DNA of 64,000 bases from Candidatus Dojkabacteria bacterium (GTDB taxonomy: Bacteria > Patescibacteriota > Dojkabacteria > SC72). Positions 17,957 to 27,558 of this stretch are shown here, piece by piece. Every line of letters begins with the position of its first letter. Within the stretch, counting starts at the first letter, position 1. Position numbers and translations under genes: made by a program. The notes under the pieces were generated by a model that saw nothing but the letters and a program-made list of their open reading frames with translations, searched no databases and was not told the origin of the DNA. The stretch lies in the NCBI GenBank assembly GCA_050950165.1, contig JBMNHC010000001.1, positions 593,073-657,072 on the forward strand. Direction: 5' to 3'.

Positions 17957-19186
17957 TTATTTAATATATTTTTTATTTTTCAGTTTATCAGGCATACACT
18001 GTTGGTTAGATTTCTTACTTTCTAAATCATGGTCATATTCATATCCTTTGGCATATCCTAAATCTTTTAGTAGTTTTGTAGGAGCGTTTCTAATATGTAG
18101 GGGTACTGGAAGATTACCATATTTTTCGATATCCTCCTTTATCTCTCCCTCTATCCTGTATGCAGTGTTGTCTTTAGGGGCGTTGGAGAGGTAGATTGCT
18201 AGTTGAACTAAGAATACTCCACACTCTGGCATACCGATTTTTTGGCATGACTCATATGTTGCATTAGCCAAAACTACAGCGTGTGGATCTGCATTCCCTA
18301 TATCCTCACTAGCAAATCTAAGTAGTCTTCTTGCGATATACAGGGGGTCTTCTCCAGCTTCAAGCATCCTTACAACCCAATATGCAGCAGCATCTGGATT
18401 GCTAGATCTCATAGATTTGTGTATTGCAGATATTATATTGTAATGCTCTTCTCCATTCTTGTCGTAGTAAAGAGGTTTCTGTACAACATCGTAGAGAGTT
18501 TCTGCTGTAAGAGTTGGTTTCTTTTTTCCATCATTTTCATTTTGTAAGAGTGTTGTAGACATCTCTAAGATATTTAGTGCACTCCGTATATCTCCATTTG
18601 AAAGTTCAGATATTACTTTTATACTTTTTTTAGGTATTAAGATATTAGGATATTCCTTTTTAGATATATCTGAGACTAACTTTTCAATATCTTCTTGTGT
18701 ATGTTGTTTAAAGATGAAGACCTTTGTTCTAGAAAGTAGTGCACTATTGATAGTAAAAGAAGGATTTTCTGTTGTTGCTCCTATCAATATTATTACTCCT
18801 TTCTCTACATATGGTAGTAGAGTATCTTGTTGAGCTTTGTTCCATCTGTGAATTTCGTCTAAAAAGAGAAGAGTTTTTCTATTGTACTGTTGGTTAGCTA
18901 TCGCTACTTTAAGTATTTTTCTCAATGCTTCTTTTCCACTGTTTACTGCTTGCATTTTATGAAAATCGAAGAAGAGATTCTGAGATATTATATATGCAAG
19001 TGTAGTCTTACCACTGCCGGGAGGTCCCCAGAAAATCATGGAAGGGATATTGCCTACTTCTAAAAACTTTCTAATTGGTGCATTCTTACCAACAAGGTGT
19101 TGTTGACCAACAAATTGGTCTAGAGTAGATGGCCTATACTTTGATGCTAAGGGTTCGTATACTGACATGTATACTGTATTGTACAC
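17957..19186 (-). CDS. rarA: Replication-associated recombination protein A (AAA+ ATPase RarA/MgsA)
   Basis: 409 aa. Walker A (GPPGSGKTTLA) and Walker B (LFLDEIHR) are present, plus the MgsA C-terminal helical domain. Confidence 0.85.
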   Translation of the reverse strand: MYNTVYMSVYEPLASKYRPSTLDQFVGQQHLVGKNAPIRKFLEVGNIPSMIFWGPPGSGKTTLAYIISQNLFFDFHKMQAVNSGKEALRKILKVAIANQQYNRKTLLFLDEIHRWNKAQQDTLLPYVEKGVIILIGATTENPSFTINSALLSRTKVFIFKQHTQEDIEKLVSDISKKEYPNILIPKKSIKVISELSNGDIRSALNILEMSTTLLQNENDGKKKPTLTAETLYDVVQKPLYYDKNGEEHYNIISAIHKSMRSSNPDAAAYWVVRMLEAGEDPLYIARRLLRFASEDIGNADPHAVVLANATYESCQKIGMPECGVFLVQLAIYLSNAPKDNTAYRIEGEIKEDIEKYGNLPVPLHIRNAPTKLLKDLGYAKGYEYDHDLESKKSNQQCMPDKLKNKKYIK

Positions 19187-19197
19187 TTTTTAAGAAA

Positions 19198-19725
19198 TTA
19201 ATACGTATATTGATATATATCCTTTTGAGAAGTAGAAATTTTCTTACCTTTCTTTTTAGCTAGAGGGTATCCATATGTAAATACTCTGCTTCCTGCTTTT
19301 AGTTCTTTTTCAAACTTTTTCTCTAATATTTCTAAAAGATCCATAGGTAGACAACAATATATGACGTCATATTTAGAGAGGTCTGTTTTAAGAAAATTCT
19401 CTTCTTTAATCTCTATCTTTCTGTTAAATGGAAAGAGTAAAAGTTTCTTAAGTTTGAAATATATTAAAAGCATAGGGCTAATCTCATACCCAGTACTAAA
19501 GCTTTTGTACTTTCTGTATACAGCAAAAACAACTCTTCCGTCTCCACTTCCTAAGTCTGTGAATTTCTCATCCTTCTTTAATTTAAAAAGAGGAAGTATA
19601 TCTTTTAGTATCTTTTTAGGTGTAGTAAAGAAGGGAGTAAAGAAGTTTAGTAAAAGAGATACCGTATATGCAAAGAAGAGTAGAGCTACTAAAAGTAATA
19701 TTGCAAGTGCTAATCCATTTGGCAT
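19198..19725 (-). CDS. Hypothetical membrane-anchored protein with a possible class I SAM-methyltransferase-like motif
   Basis: 175 aa with an N-terminal TM helix. DLGSGDGRVV resembles SAM motif I. The family assignment is weak. Confidence 0.4.
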   Translation of the reverse strand: MPNGLALAILLLVALLFFAYTVSLLLNFFTPFFTTPKKILKDILPLFKLKKDEKFTDLGSGDGRVVFAVYRKYKSFSTGYEISPMLLIYFKLKKLLLFPFNRKIEIKEENFLKTDLSKYDVIYCCLPMDLLEILEKKFEKELKAGSRVFTYGYPLAKKKGKKISTSQKDIYQYTY

Positions 19726-19764
19726 ATGAGATAATATGTGGATTAAAAGTAATATATTAAATAT

Positions 19765-20466
19765 ATGATAGATGGAATTTTGATAATAGACAAGGAGGTA
19801 GGAATTACCTCTTACGATGTTATTAGAAAATTAAAGAGAGTATCAAAAAAAGGTCAGAAGATTGGTCATGGTGGTACACTAGATCCTTTTGCTTCTGGAG
19901 TACTTCTTGTTCTTTTAGGAAAAGCTACGAAGTTAATGGAGAGGGTTCTTTTGTTAGAAAAGGAATATATTGTTAAAGCAGAATTTGGATATATTACAGA
20001 TACTCAGGATATTGAGGGAGAGGTTTTACAAAGATGTTCTCTAATTCCAAAGTATGAGGATATTAAGGATGCTATACAGAGGAATTTTGTAGGAGATATT
20101 TTACAAACACCACCAATATATTCTGCAAAAAGGATTGGTGGTAAAAGAGCATATGATTTAGCAAGAGAAGGAGTGAAGCCTGAAATAGAGCCTAAGAGGG
20201 TTCATGTAGAGAAGTTTGAGATATTGAAGTATGAGTATCCATATATTGAGTGTAAAATATTGTGTAGTAGTGGTACATATATTAGGACTTTAATTAGTGA
20301 CTTAGGTAGAGAATTGGGAGCATATGCAACAGCAGTAGAGTTAAGAAGAACAAGTATTGGAAATTTTAGTGTAGAGGATGCACTCTCTTCTAAGTTGATA
20401 GATGAGGGAGTATATGAGAGGGTTATAGATGTATCTAAAGTTAGTTGTATGTTAAATGGAGAGTAA
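19765..20466 (+). CDS. truB: tRNA pseudouridine(55) synthase
   Basis: 233 aa with the HGGTLDPFASGVL catalytic-Asp motif. Confidence 0.9.
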   Translation: MIDGILIIDKEVGITSYDVIRKLKRVSKKGQKIGHGGTLDPFASGVLLVLLGKATKLMERVLLLEKEYIVKAEFGYITDTQDIEGEVLQRCSLIPKYEDIKDAIQRNFVGDILQTPPIYSAKRIGGKRAYDLAREGVKPEIEPKRVHVEKFEILKYEYPYIECKILCSSGTYIRTLISDLGRELGAYATAVELRRTSIGNFSVEDALSSKLIDEGVYERVIDVSKVSCMLNGE

Positions 20467-21151
20467 AGGTAAGTTATATGTAGTTGCTACCCCTATTGGT
20501 AATTTAAAAGATATTACATACAGGGCTGTAGATATTTTAAACTCTGTTTCTTTTATTCTTGCAGAAGATACTAGAGAGAGTGCAAAGTTGTTACGAAGAT
20601 ACAATATCTCTACTCCACTTGTATCGTACAGGGATCAGAATCATTTTAAGATGATAGGTAAGATATTGGAGAAATTAGAGTTAGGACTTAATCTCGCTTT
20701 GGTATCTGATAGTGGAACACCATTAATTAGTGATCCTGGATTTAAGTTAGTAAGGGAGTTGAGAGAGAAGGGATATATTGTTGAAGCTATACCTGGTCCT
20801 AGTGCACTAGTTTCTGCTCTTTCAATATCTGGATTGCCTACAGATAAGTTCTCTTTTTTAGGTTTTCTTCCTAAATCTAATAAACGGAGAGAAGATATAT
20901 TGCGAAAGTATCTAGAGTTAGAATCTACCGTTGTATTATATGAATCACCTAGTCGTATCCTTGCTTTATTGGAGCTATTAAATGTAATTAGTAAAGATTG
21001 TAAAGTTGTTTTAGCAAAAGATCTAACTAAGAAAAGAGAGGAGCTATTACAAGGTACTCCTAACTCTCTTTTATCAGTACTTCGAAAGAGAGGTTATGAC
21101 AAGAAAGCCTATGGTGAGTTTGTTGTAATTATCTCTTGCCAAAAAGGTTAG
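20456..21151 (+). CDS. rsmI: 16S rRNA (cytidine1402-2'-O)-methyltransferase RsmI
   Basis: 231 aa. LYVVATPIGNLKDIT...ILAEDTR is the tetrapyrrole-methylase-like RsmI N-terminus. Confidence 0.85.
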   Translation: MESKGKLYVVATPIGNLKDITYRAVDILNSVSFILAEDTRESAKLLRRYNISTPLVSYRDQNHFKMIGKILEKLELGLNLALVSDSGTPLISDPGFKLVRELREKGYIVEAIPGPSALVSALSISGLPTDKFSFLGFLPKSNKRREDILRKYLELESTVVLYESPSRILALLELLNVISKDCKVVLAKDLTKKREELLQGTPNSLLSVLRKRGYDKKAYGEFVVIISCQKG

Positions 21152-22019
21152 TATAGTTGGTGTCTGTTTCTTCTTCTAACTTTTGTGCAGAGATACCTTT
21201 TATAGCTGCTGCTATTTCAATAATCTCTTTTATTAAAACTGGTCTACCATATTTTTTGTTTTCCTTTTTATTCTTTCTGATACTTTGTGTTGGTAAGAAT
21301 GGTCCATCTGTTTCAAAAAGTATTCTTTCAACGGGAGTCTTTTTTAATATCTCTCTTACATTATCTCCACTAGGGTATGTAATTATTGCATTAAATCCTA
21401 TATAAAATCCCATATTAAGAATATCTTCTAACATCTCTATAGAGCCGGTATAGCTATGAAAACAACCTCTGAGAGTACCTTTTCCTACCTCTGCAAGTAT
21501 CTCTAGTACATCTTTGGTGCACTGTATACTTTCTTCAATATCTCTTGAGTGTATACTAAGTGGTAAGTCATTCTCCTTTGCTATTTTACACTGAGCTCTA
21601 AATGCTATCTTCTGTACTTCTTTAATCTCTTCTTCTCTCTCTTTCGTTGTATTTAGATATGTATATATTTCAAAGTAGTCTAATCCACACTCTCCTACTG
21701 CTTTTACCTTCTCACTGTTTTTCTTAAAGAGTTCTTCTAAAAGTTCTAGTTGTTTTTTAGAGTATCTATACAGATCTACACTGCTATCTCTCTGATGAGC
21801 TTCTGCAAATATTGTTGGGTGTAGGCCTAGTGCTAGATCTGCAATATCTCCAAAGGAGTTGTTAATTTTTTCTACAATCTCTAAGGTCTCTACTAAATCG
21901 CTACTCTCGGTACTTTGTACAAGTATCTTTTTACCTCCCTTTTTTATAAACTCATCTATATCACTAAGGTAGTTTTCTTTAAGAGGGCTTAATGCCATAT
22001 GTATATGTGAATCGTGCAT
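21129..22019 (-). CDS. tatD: TatD-family metal-dependent hydrolase/DNase
   Basis: 296 aa with MHDSHIHM, GECGLDY and a further His-cluster motif. Confidence 0.85.
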   Translation of the reverse strand: MHDSHIHMALSPLKENYLSDIDEFIKKGGKKILVQSTESSDLVETLEIVEKINNSFGDIADLALGLHPTIFAEAHQRDSSVDLYRYSKKQLELLEELFKKNSEKVKAVGECGLDYFEIYTYLNTTKEREEEIKEVQKIAFRAQCKIAKENDLPLSIHSRDIEESIQCTKDVLEILAEVGKGTLRGCFHSYTGSIEMLEDILNMGFYIGFNAIITYPSGDNVREILKKTPVERILFETDGPFLPTQSIRKNKKENKKYGRPVLIKEIIEIAAAIKGISAQKLEEETDTNYTNLFGKR

Positions 22020-22087
22020 AACTGTATTCTAGCATAGATGGTGTAGTATAATGTAGGTTGAAGTAATGTGATACAATATAGCTTGTT

Positions 22088-22789
22088 ATGAAAAAAAGAT
22101 GGAATGTTAATTGGTTGGTGATAATTACAGTATGTTTGCTCCTTTCTGCATTGAGTCTTTTCTATGCATCTTTTGAAAACAGTTTAGGTTTTACTAAGTG
22201 TGCATATGGAGATATTGTTTACAACGGAGATAAAAGTTGTATGTGTGATAGTAAGGGCAAGCTCATATGTGATGAGGATGTTGATTTTATGGTTGAGTCT
22301 GCTGACTTTACAACAGAGAATTTAGGTTTTACATATGGGTTTCAAAATTTAATTACTAATCAAGAGTCTCCTTCTCAGACTGTTAGGTTTGTTAATATCT
22401 CTCAGGTTGGAAATATATTAAGGGTTGTAGTTGAGAAGAGTACTTTGTGTAATGAGGATAACTTAGTTGCTCCTCATGTCGGTTTTTACAAGTATGAGAA
22501 AGATAAGATTACATTTACAATTGGAGAGAACTTTGTAGATACTTCTTTTAATATACCTTGTATGAGTGAATCTCTGTTTGAAATTAGAGATATGTCTGTA
22601 AAGTTTAGTGATGACTTTAAGATATATTTCCAAGATCAATTGGGAACTCTTACACCTGCTAGAAACTGTTCATATGAAGGATTTCTTAAAAATGAAGGAG
22701 ATGTGTATAACTCCTCTGATGGTTGTTTTATCTGTACCTGTAAGTTAGGTCAAAACAGCTGTGAGAAAGAGAAAAGATGTTTAAAGTAA
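22088..22789 (+). CDS. Secreted Cys-rich hypothetical protein
   Basis: 233 aa with an N-terminal signal/TM (WLVIITVCLLLSALSLF) and about 16 Cys. No recognisable family. Confidence 0.5.
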   Translation: MKKRWNVNWLVIITVCLLLSALSLFYASFENSLGFTKCAYGDIVYNGDKSCMCDSKGKLICDEDVDFMVESADFTTENLGFTYGFQNLITNQESPSQTVRFVNISQVGNILRVVVEKSTLCNEDNLVAPHVGFYKYEKDKITFTIGENFVDTSFNIPCMSESLFEIRDMSVKFSDDFKIYFQDQLGTLTPARNCSYEGFLKNEGDVYNSSDGCFICTCKLGQNSCEKEKRCLK

Positions 22790-23809
22790 TCCTACATAAA
22801 GACCTAGTATTGAGAGAAAGAATGTGAATAGCCAGAATCTCATTGTCACTTTATACTGTGACCATCCAATAGCTTGAAAGTGATGGTGCAAAGGTGCAAT
22901 CTTAAATACTCTCTTTTTGAAAAACTTCATACTTAGCATCTGTATAGCAGTAGATGCCATGATGACCCAAGTAATTGATGTCATTAGGAAATATGCAGGT
23001 AGATTACTACTAACTAAGCCGATGAAAAAGAGTGCAAACGCTATCGGCATAGCTCCAGGCCCTCCATTCCAGAATCTTGCAGGAGGAATATTGAAGTAAA
23101 GGTCGACAATTTCTACTCCAAGAAGAATTGCTAAGAATGGTAAGAATTCATACTGTCCTTGTACAAGAAGTAATACTATGAATACAGATGTAATTATTAT
23201 AAATATTCCCATCATTAGTCCATCTAATCCATCTGTAAGCTCTCCAGCATATATTGCAAATTGACCTACAATGGCAGATATTACCAATACCAGAGGTGTA
23301 AATGAAAATACAATGTTGTTAAAAAGTGTAAAGCTTTCAAACTCACCAGTTTTGTAAAGTAGATACATAACGAAGATATTAAGTAAGATTGCGATAAAAA
23401 GCTTACCTAATCTCCACTCGAAAGTTTCTTGTAATGCTTTCATCTTTGGATTATTTTTAAATCCATTTGTAAAGATTGCTACATCGATAAAGCCCCAGAA
23501 GCCAAAAATTAAAAAACCTACTAGTAATACCTTAAGTAATGGAGTAAGGGGTACAGATATTAAAGTGATTAGTGGTACAACTATCCATATTAAAATACCT
23601 CCCATATTAGGAGTACCGTTTGTTTTAGTTGCATTCATAATTCGCATAAACATGGAGTTTGTTCCTCTTCTAGATCCTAGTTTAGTCTTCTTTAATCCAC
23701 TAACTTGATTAAATTTATAGAGCATTCCAATTATTATCGGTGCAAGGAAGATAGATACAACAGTGGAGATTAGTAAATAGTTAAGACTCTCTTTTAGTAT
23801 GGAAACCAT
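22781..23809 (-). CDS. mraY: Phospho-N-acetylmuramoyl-pentapeptide transferase
   Basis: 342 aa polytopic membrane protein of the GT4/MraY family with an N-terminal DGLDGL motif. It lies in the division/cell-wall cluster. Confidence 0.85.
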   Translation of the reverse strand: MVSILKESLNYLLISTVVSIFLAPIIIGMLYKFNQVSGLKKTKLGSRRGTNSMFMRIMNATKTNGTPNMGGILIWIVVPLITLISVPLTPLLKVLLVGFLIFGFWGFIDVAIFTNGFKNNPKMKALQETFEWRLGKLFIAILLNIFVMYLLYKTGEFESFTLFNNIVFSFTPLVLVISAIVGQFAIYAGELTDGLDGLMMGIFIIITSVFIVLLLVQGQYEFLPFLAILLGVEIVDLYFNIPPARFWNGGPGAMPIAFALFFIGLVSSNLPAYFLMTSITWVIMASTAIQMLSMKFFKKRVFKIAPLHHHFQAIGWSQYKVTMRFWLFTFFLSILGLYVGLL

Positions 23810-23841
23810 TAGATGTAATTCTTAATTTATTTCTAATTATC

Positions 23842-25698
23842 TCAATTCTTTTTAGGAATTTCCAGGTCATTAACAATACCTAAGAAAATCTCTGTCCAAA
23901 GAGGAACAACAGTAGAGGATGCATATGGATTATTCTTAGGTTCTTCTAATCTAACAAGCATAATCATCTTAGCATCGTCTGCAGGAGCAAATCCTACGAA
24001 GGTAGTAATTGTCTTTTTCTCTTCATATCCTGGACCATCTTTCTTTGCAATTTGAGCTGTTCCTGTCTTACCTGCAATGTAGTAGTCCGAAAGAAGATCT
24101 ATCTCTTTCTTGTTAATTCCACCATCTTCTATAACATGGGACATCATAGTTGCAACCTTGTCTGCAACTTCTTTAGATATCGGTTTTGAGAGAGTCTGAG
24201 GTGTAAATTTAATAGTCTCTTTCTCATCTGAAATTTCTGAGATAATGTAAGGTCTCATTCTAGTTCCATGATTAGCTATGGCAGAGAGAGCAGATGTTAT
24301 TTGCAGTGGTGTGGCAGAGATACCTTGACCGTAAGAGGCTGTAATGATATCTAATCTAGTCCAAAGAGAGAAAGGTTTTAAATAGCTACTAGACTCTTCT
24401 TGTAGTCCTATGCCAATAAACTCCCCTATTCCAAACTCTTTTAGTTTTGAGTAGTAGTAAGCATAATCTATTTTAAGAGCGGTTTTTGCTATACATGGGT
24501 TATTCGAGTTTTTAAGCATATCTGCTAAATTCTGTAATCCATCTGGTCTCCTATCCCATGTACTGATTCTTCTTCCTTTTAAATCGGCATACCCAGTAGC
24601 GGTAAAGAGGTCTAAATATCCAGTCTTATCCTCACAGGTATAATTTTCATCTACAGCTTCAGACTCTAGAGCAAGAGCTACTGTAATGGGTTTGTGAACA
24701 GAACCATATTCATATACATCTGCTACTGCTAGATTTTTAAAAACCCACGGGTCTGATACTCTCCAATATTCATTAGGATTAAATGTTGGATAGTTTGCCA
24801 TTACAATGATTTCTCCTGTCTTTGGATTCATCACTATTACAGTACCACTCTTAGCACCAGTTCTTTCAACTCCTGTTTTTAGATACCTCTCTACTTTATT
24901 CTGTGCAGATGGTCGAATCGTAAGTTTAAAATCTTTACCAGATCTAGGAAGTACAGGCTCATACTCGGCAGTTAGAATGGTGTTTCCTCTAGAGTCTTTC
25001 TCTTCGTATGTATACCCTTCTTTACCTGTAATATCTCCAAAGTAGAAACCTTCTATTCCGTACTGTCCTAAGTCATTACCTTTTGAATCTTTACCGATAA
25101 AGCCTAGAACATGTGAAGCTAATTCAGCATTTGGATATATTCTTTTTACTCCCTTCTCAAAATGAAGACCGAAACCTCTTCTGTTTATTTTCTCTGTACC
25201 AAAGATATTTTCAGATTGTAGTGCATTCTTTTTTTCATTATCTACTCCCTTTGCTAATACAGCATATACAAAATCATCTGTTATCTTACTTGCTATCTCT
25301 GCATTTTCGACTGAAAGTATAGAGGATACTGTTGCTATAAACTGGTCTTTTTTGCTAAAAAATAACTTTCTTTCATCAGGATCCTGACTAAGAGTTGCAT
25401 ATATATTCCATACAGGTTGATCTACTGCCAATACTGTGCCGTCACTTGCTTTAATAATACCCCTTTGAGCAGAGTTAATATTACTCTCTTGATATTGTTG
25501 TTTAGCCATTAGTTGGAATTTCTCTGATTGTAATACCTGCCATCTAAATATTTGAAACAGTATTATGAATCCAAAAAGAGTAATTAGAACTATCACTAGG
25601 TTATAGTTGTTCTTTTGAATTTTAGAAAAGAGAGTTTTTTTCTCCTTCTTAGAAACAGAGTGAAGAGTAGATAGCTTACTCATTAGATCTATTAGCAA
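23842..25698 (-). CDS. ftsI: Peptidoglycan D,D-transpeptidase (class B PBP, FtsI/PBP2-like)
   Basis: 618 aa. An N-terminal TM and dimerisation domain precede the transpeptidase motifs (SxxK, SxN, KTGT: AGKTGTAQ). Confidence 0.85.
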   Translation of the reverse strand: MLIDLMSKLSTLHSVSKKEKKTLFSKIQKNNYNLVIVLITLFGFIILFQIFRWQVLQSEKFQLMAKQQYQESNINSAQRGIIKASDGTVLAVDQPVWNIYATLSQDPDERKLFFSKKDQFIATVSSILSVENAEIASKITDDFVYAVLAKGVDNEKKNALQSENIFGTEKINRRGFGLHFEKGVKRIYPNAELASHVLGFIGKDSKGNDLGQYGIEGFYFGDITGKEGYTYEEKDSRGNTILTAEYEPVLPRSGKDFKLTIRPSAQNKVERYLKTGVERTGAKSGTVIVMNPKTGEIIVMANYPTFNPNEYWRVSDPWVFKNLAVADVYEYGSVHKPITVALALESEAVDENYTCEDKTGYLDLFTATGYADLKGRRISTWDRRPDGLQNLADMLKNSNNPCIAKTALKIDYAYYYSKLKEFGIGEFIGIGLQEESSSYLKPFSLWTRLDIITASYGQGISATPLQITSALSAIANHGTRMRPYIISEISDEKETIKFTPQTLSKPISKEVADKVATMMSHVIEDGGINKKEIDLLSDYYIAGKTGTAQIAKKDGPGYEEKKTITTFVGFAPADDAKMIMLVRLEEPKNNPYASSTVVPLWTEIFLGIVNDLEIPKKN

Positions 25699-25990
25699 CT
25701 AATGTCTTATCTGTTATGTACAGTACTGTTTGCTTTTTATCTGGAGTAAGGTTTAATTTTTTCTCAGAGAGATTCTCAATGACTTTGATCGAGTTGTTCT
25801 TAGCAATATCTTCAGATATCTTCCTGTTTTCTTCTAAGAGATATTCTTTTTCACTGTTTAGTGTTTGAAGTTTTACACCTAATGGAGTAAGTATTGAGTT
25901 TACTACTAGCTGAGAGCTACCGAAAACAATGAGGGTTAGTAAAAATACTTTGAAAATGATATTTGATTTTCTATTCTTCTGGTTATTCAT
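25676..25990 (-). CDS. FtsL-like small bitopic division protein
   Basis: 104 aa with a single TM and a coiled-coil. It is positioned between rsmH and ftsI as in division/cell-wall clusters. Confidence 0.5.
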   Translation of the reverse strand: MNNQKNRKSNIIFKVFLLTLIVFGSSQLVVNSILTPLGVKLQTLNSEKEYLLEENRKISEDIAKNNSIKVIENLSEKKLNLTPDKKQTVLYITDKTLVANRSNE

Positions 25991-25997
25991 TATGTTA

Positions 25998-26885
25998 TTA
26001 GCTTTTTATTAATGTCCTTAACTTTGCAGATGCGGATCTAGGGTTCTCCATTATTTCTTTGTTGGTTGGGGCAAAAACATTTTTATAAAGAAGAACCCCT
26101 TTTCCGCTATCTACAATATTGTGAAAGAAATTCTTCACAATACGATCTTCAAGAGAGTGGAAAGTTATTACAGATAGCCTTCCATTCTTGTTCAAGATCT
26201 CAAAAGAATTGTCTAAACCTCTCTTAAGACTATTAAGTTCATCATTTACCACTATCCGCAGGGCCTGAAAGACCCTGCGTGAAGGGTTCTTAGAACTTTG
26301 ATGAGCTGCCGGCACAACTCTATAGACAAGTCTTGTTAGATCTCCAACAGTATTAATATTTGTGATATTTTTCTTAATCTCTGATGCTATTCTTTTGGAA
26401 TATCTCTCTTCTCCATATGAGAAAAAGAGTCTAGCTAATTCTTTCTCTGGTAGAGCAACTAGTAAGTCTTTTGCACTTACTGCTAAGCTCTCATCCATCC
26501 TCATATCTAGTGGCTCATTCTCTTTTAAGTAACTAAATCCTCTATTAAAAGAGTGCTCTAGTTGTCTTGAAGATATGCCCAGATCCATTAGTATGCCATC
26601 AACTGTTCTATTAAACTCAGAGGATATCTCTTTTATATTAGAGAAATTACCCTGTTTAATTACCCAGTTCTCTTTAAGTTCGTTCTTGTAGAACTTAGAA
26701 ACAAACTCTATCGCATGTATATCTTGATCTATACTTAAAAGTAATCCTTTAGGAGAGAGTTTTTTAAAAATCTCAAAACTGTGTCCTCCATCTCCCAAAG
26801 TACAATCTATGTAGAAACCATCTGGTTTGATATCTAGAGATTTAATTGTTTCTTTAAGTAGAACAGGAATATGGATCTTTTCCAT
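25998..26885 (-). CDS. rsmH: 16S rRNA (cytosine1402-N4)-methyltransferase RsmH (MraW)
   Basis: 295 aa. The HIPVLL...DCTLGDGGHS motif is present. Confidence 0.9.
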   Translation of the reverse strand: MEKIHIPVLLKETIKSLDIKPDGFYIDCTLGDGGHSFEIFKKLSPKGLLLSIDQDIHAIEFVSKFYKNELKENWVIKQGNFSNIKEISSEFNRTVDGILMDLGISSRQLEHSFNRGFSYLKENEPLDMRMDESLAVSAKDLLVALPEKELARLFFSYGEERYSKRIASEIKKNITNINTVGDLTRLVYRVVPAAHQSSKNPSRRVFQALRIVVNDELNSLKRGLDNSFEILNKNGRLSVITFHSLEDRIVKNFFHNIVDSGKGVLLYKNVFAPTNKEIMENPRSASAKLRTLIKS

Positions 26886-27322
26886 TACTTTTCAGAGCTC
26901 ATTTTACTAATCTCATCTGCTATCTCCTCTCCGTGCTTTTTAAGGTATGTAAGTCTCTCTTCCCATTTCTCTCTATCCCATATCTCTATCCAGTTAACCA
27001 GTCCGATAAAGACAACGTCTTTACTAAGTTGAGCGTGTTCAAAGAGAGCTTCTGGTATTAAGAATCTGCCTAATTTGTCAATGGTAATTTCTACAGCTCC
27101 TCCTACTAAGAATCTGCTTGTATCACGAATATTTTTATTTATAAAAGAGCCATCCATTACTTCCTTTGCAACCCTACTCCACATCTTCTTGTTAACAAGT
27201 ATCAATGAGTCTTCATATCCTCTTGTTAGTATAATTTCCGTACCTAATTGATCTCTAAATTTTTTAGGAAGTGATACTCTTTTCTTCTCACCTACTTTAC
27301 TTCTGTATTCTCCAATTATCAT
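26885..27322 (-). CDS. mraZ: Transcriptional regulator MraZ
   Basis: 145 aa. MIIGEYRSKVGEKKRVSLPKKFR shows the duplicated MraZ/SpoVT-AbrB-like fold signature. Confidence 0.9.
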   Translation of the reverse strand: MIIGEYRSKVGEKKRVSLPKKFRDQLGTEIILTRGYEDSLILVNKKMWSRVAKEVMDGSFINKNIRDTSRFLVGGAVEITIDKLGRFLIPEALFEHAQLSKDVVFIGLVNWIEIWDREKWEERLTYLKKHGEEIADEISKMSSEK

Positions 27323-27342
27323 AGTATCTATATATCATAACT

Positions 27343-27367
27343 TTCCACCTTTTACCACCTCTTGCCA
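27343..27367 (-). promoter_or_regulatory. Putative MraZ operator: three (A/G)GTGG direct repeats at 10-bp periodicity upstream of mraZ
   Basis: The minus strand reads AGTGGcaagaGGTGGtaaaaGGTGG, 20-45 nt upstream of the mraZ ATG. MraZ is known to bind GTGGG-type triple repeats. Confidence 0.5.
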
Positions 27368-27426
27368 CTAATGTATCACTGTTTAATGTAAAGGGTCAAG
27401 AGAGAAATACTACAAGCTACTCTTTA

Positions 27427-27452
27427 TTAGAAAAATCCCTCTTAAGAGGGAT
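27427..27452 (-). terminator. Intrinsic terminator downstream of murA
   Basis: An 18-nt perfect palindrome (atccctcttaagagggat) lies at 27435-27452. On the minus strand it is followed by TTTTCT. Confidence 0.5.
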
Positions 27453-27558
27453 AACTTAAATTTGGAAGATTTAGTAAGATACCTGATAGAAGAGACGGAG
27501 AGGATGCACAAAAGGAGTGTTAATAGGGGAAAACTTTAATATTGCAATACTATATCTG

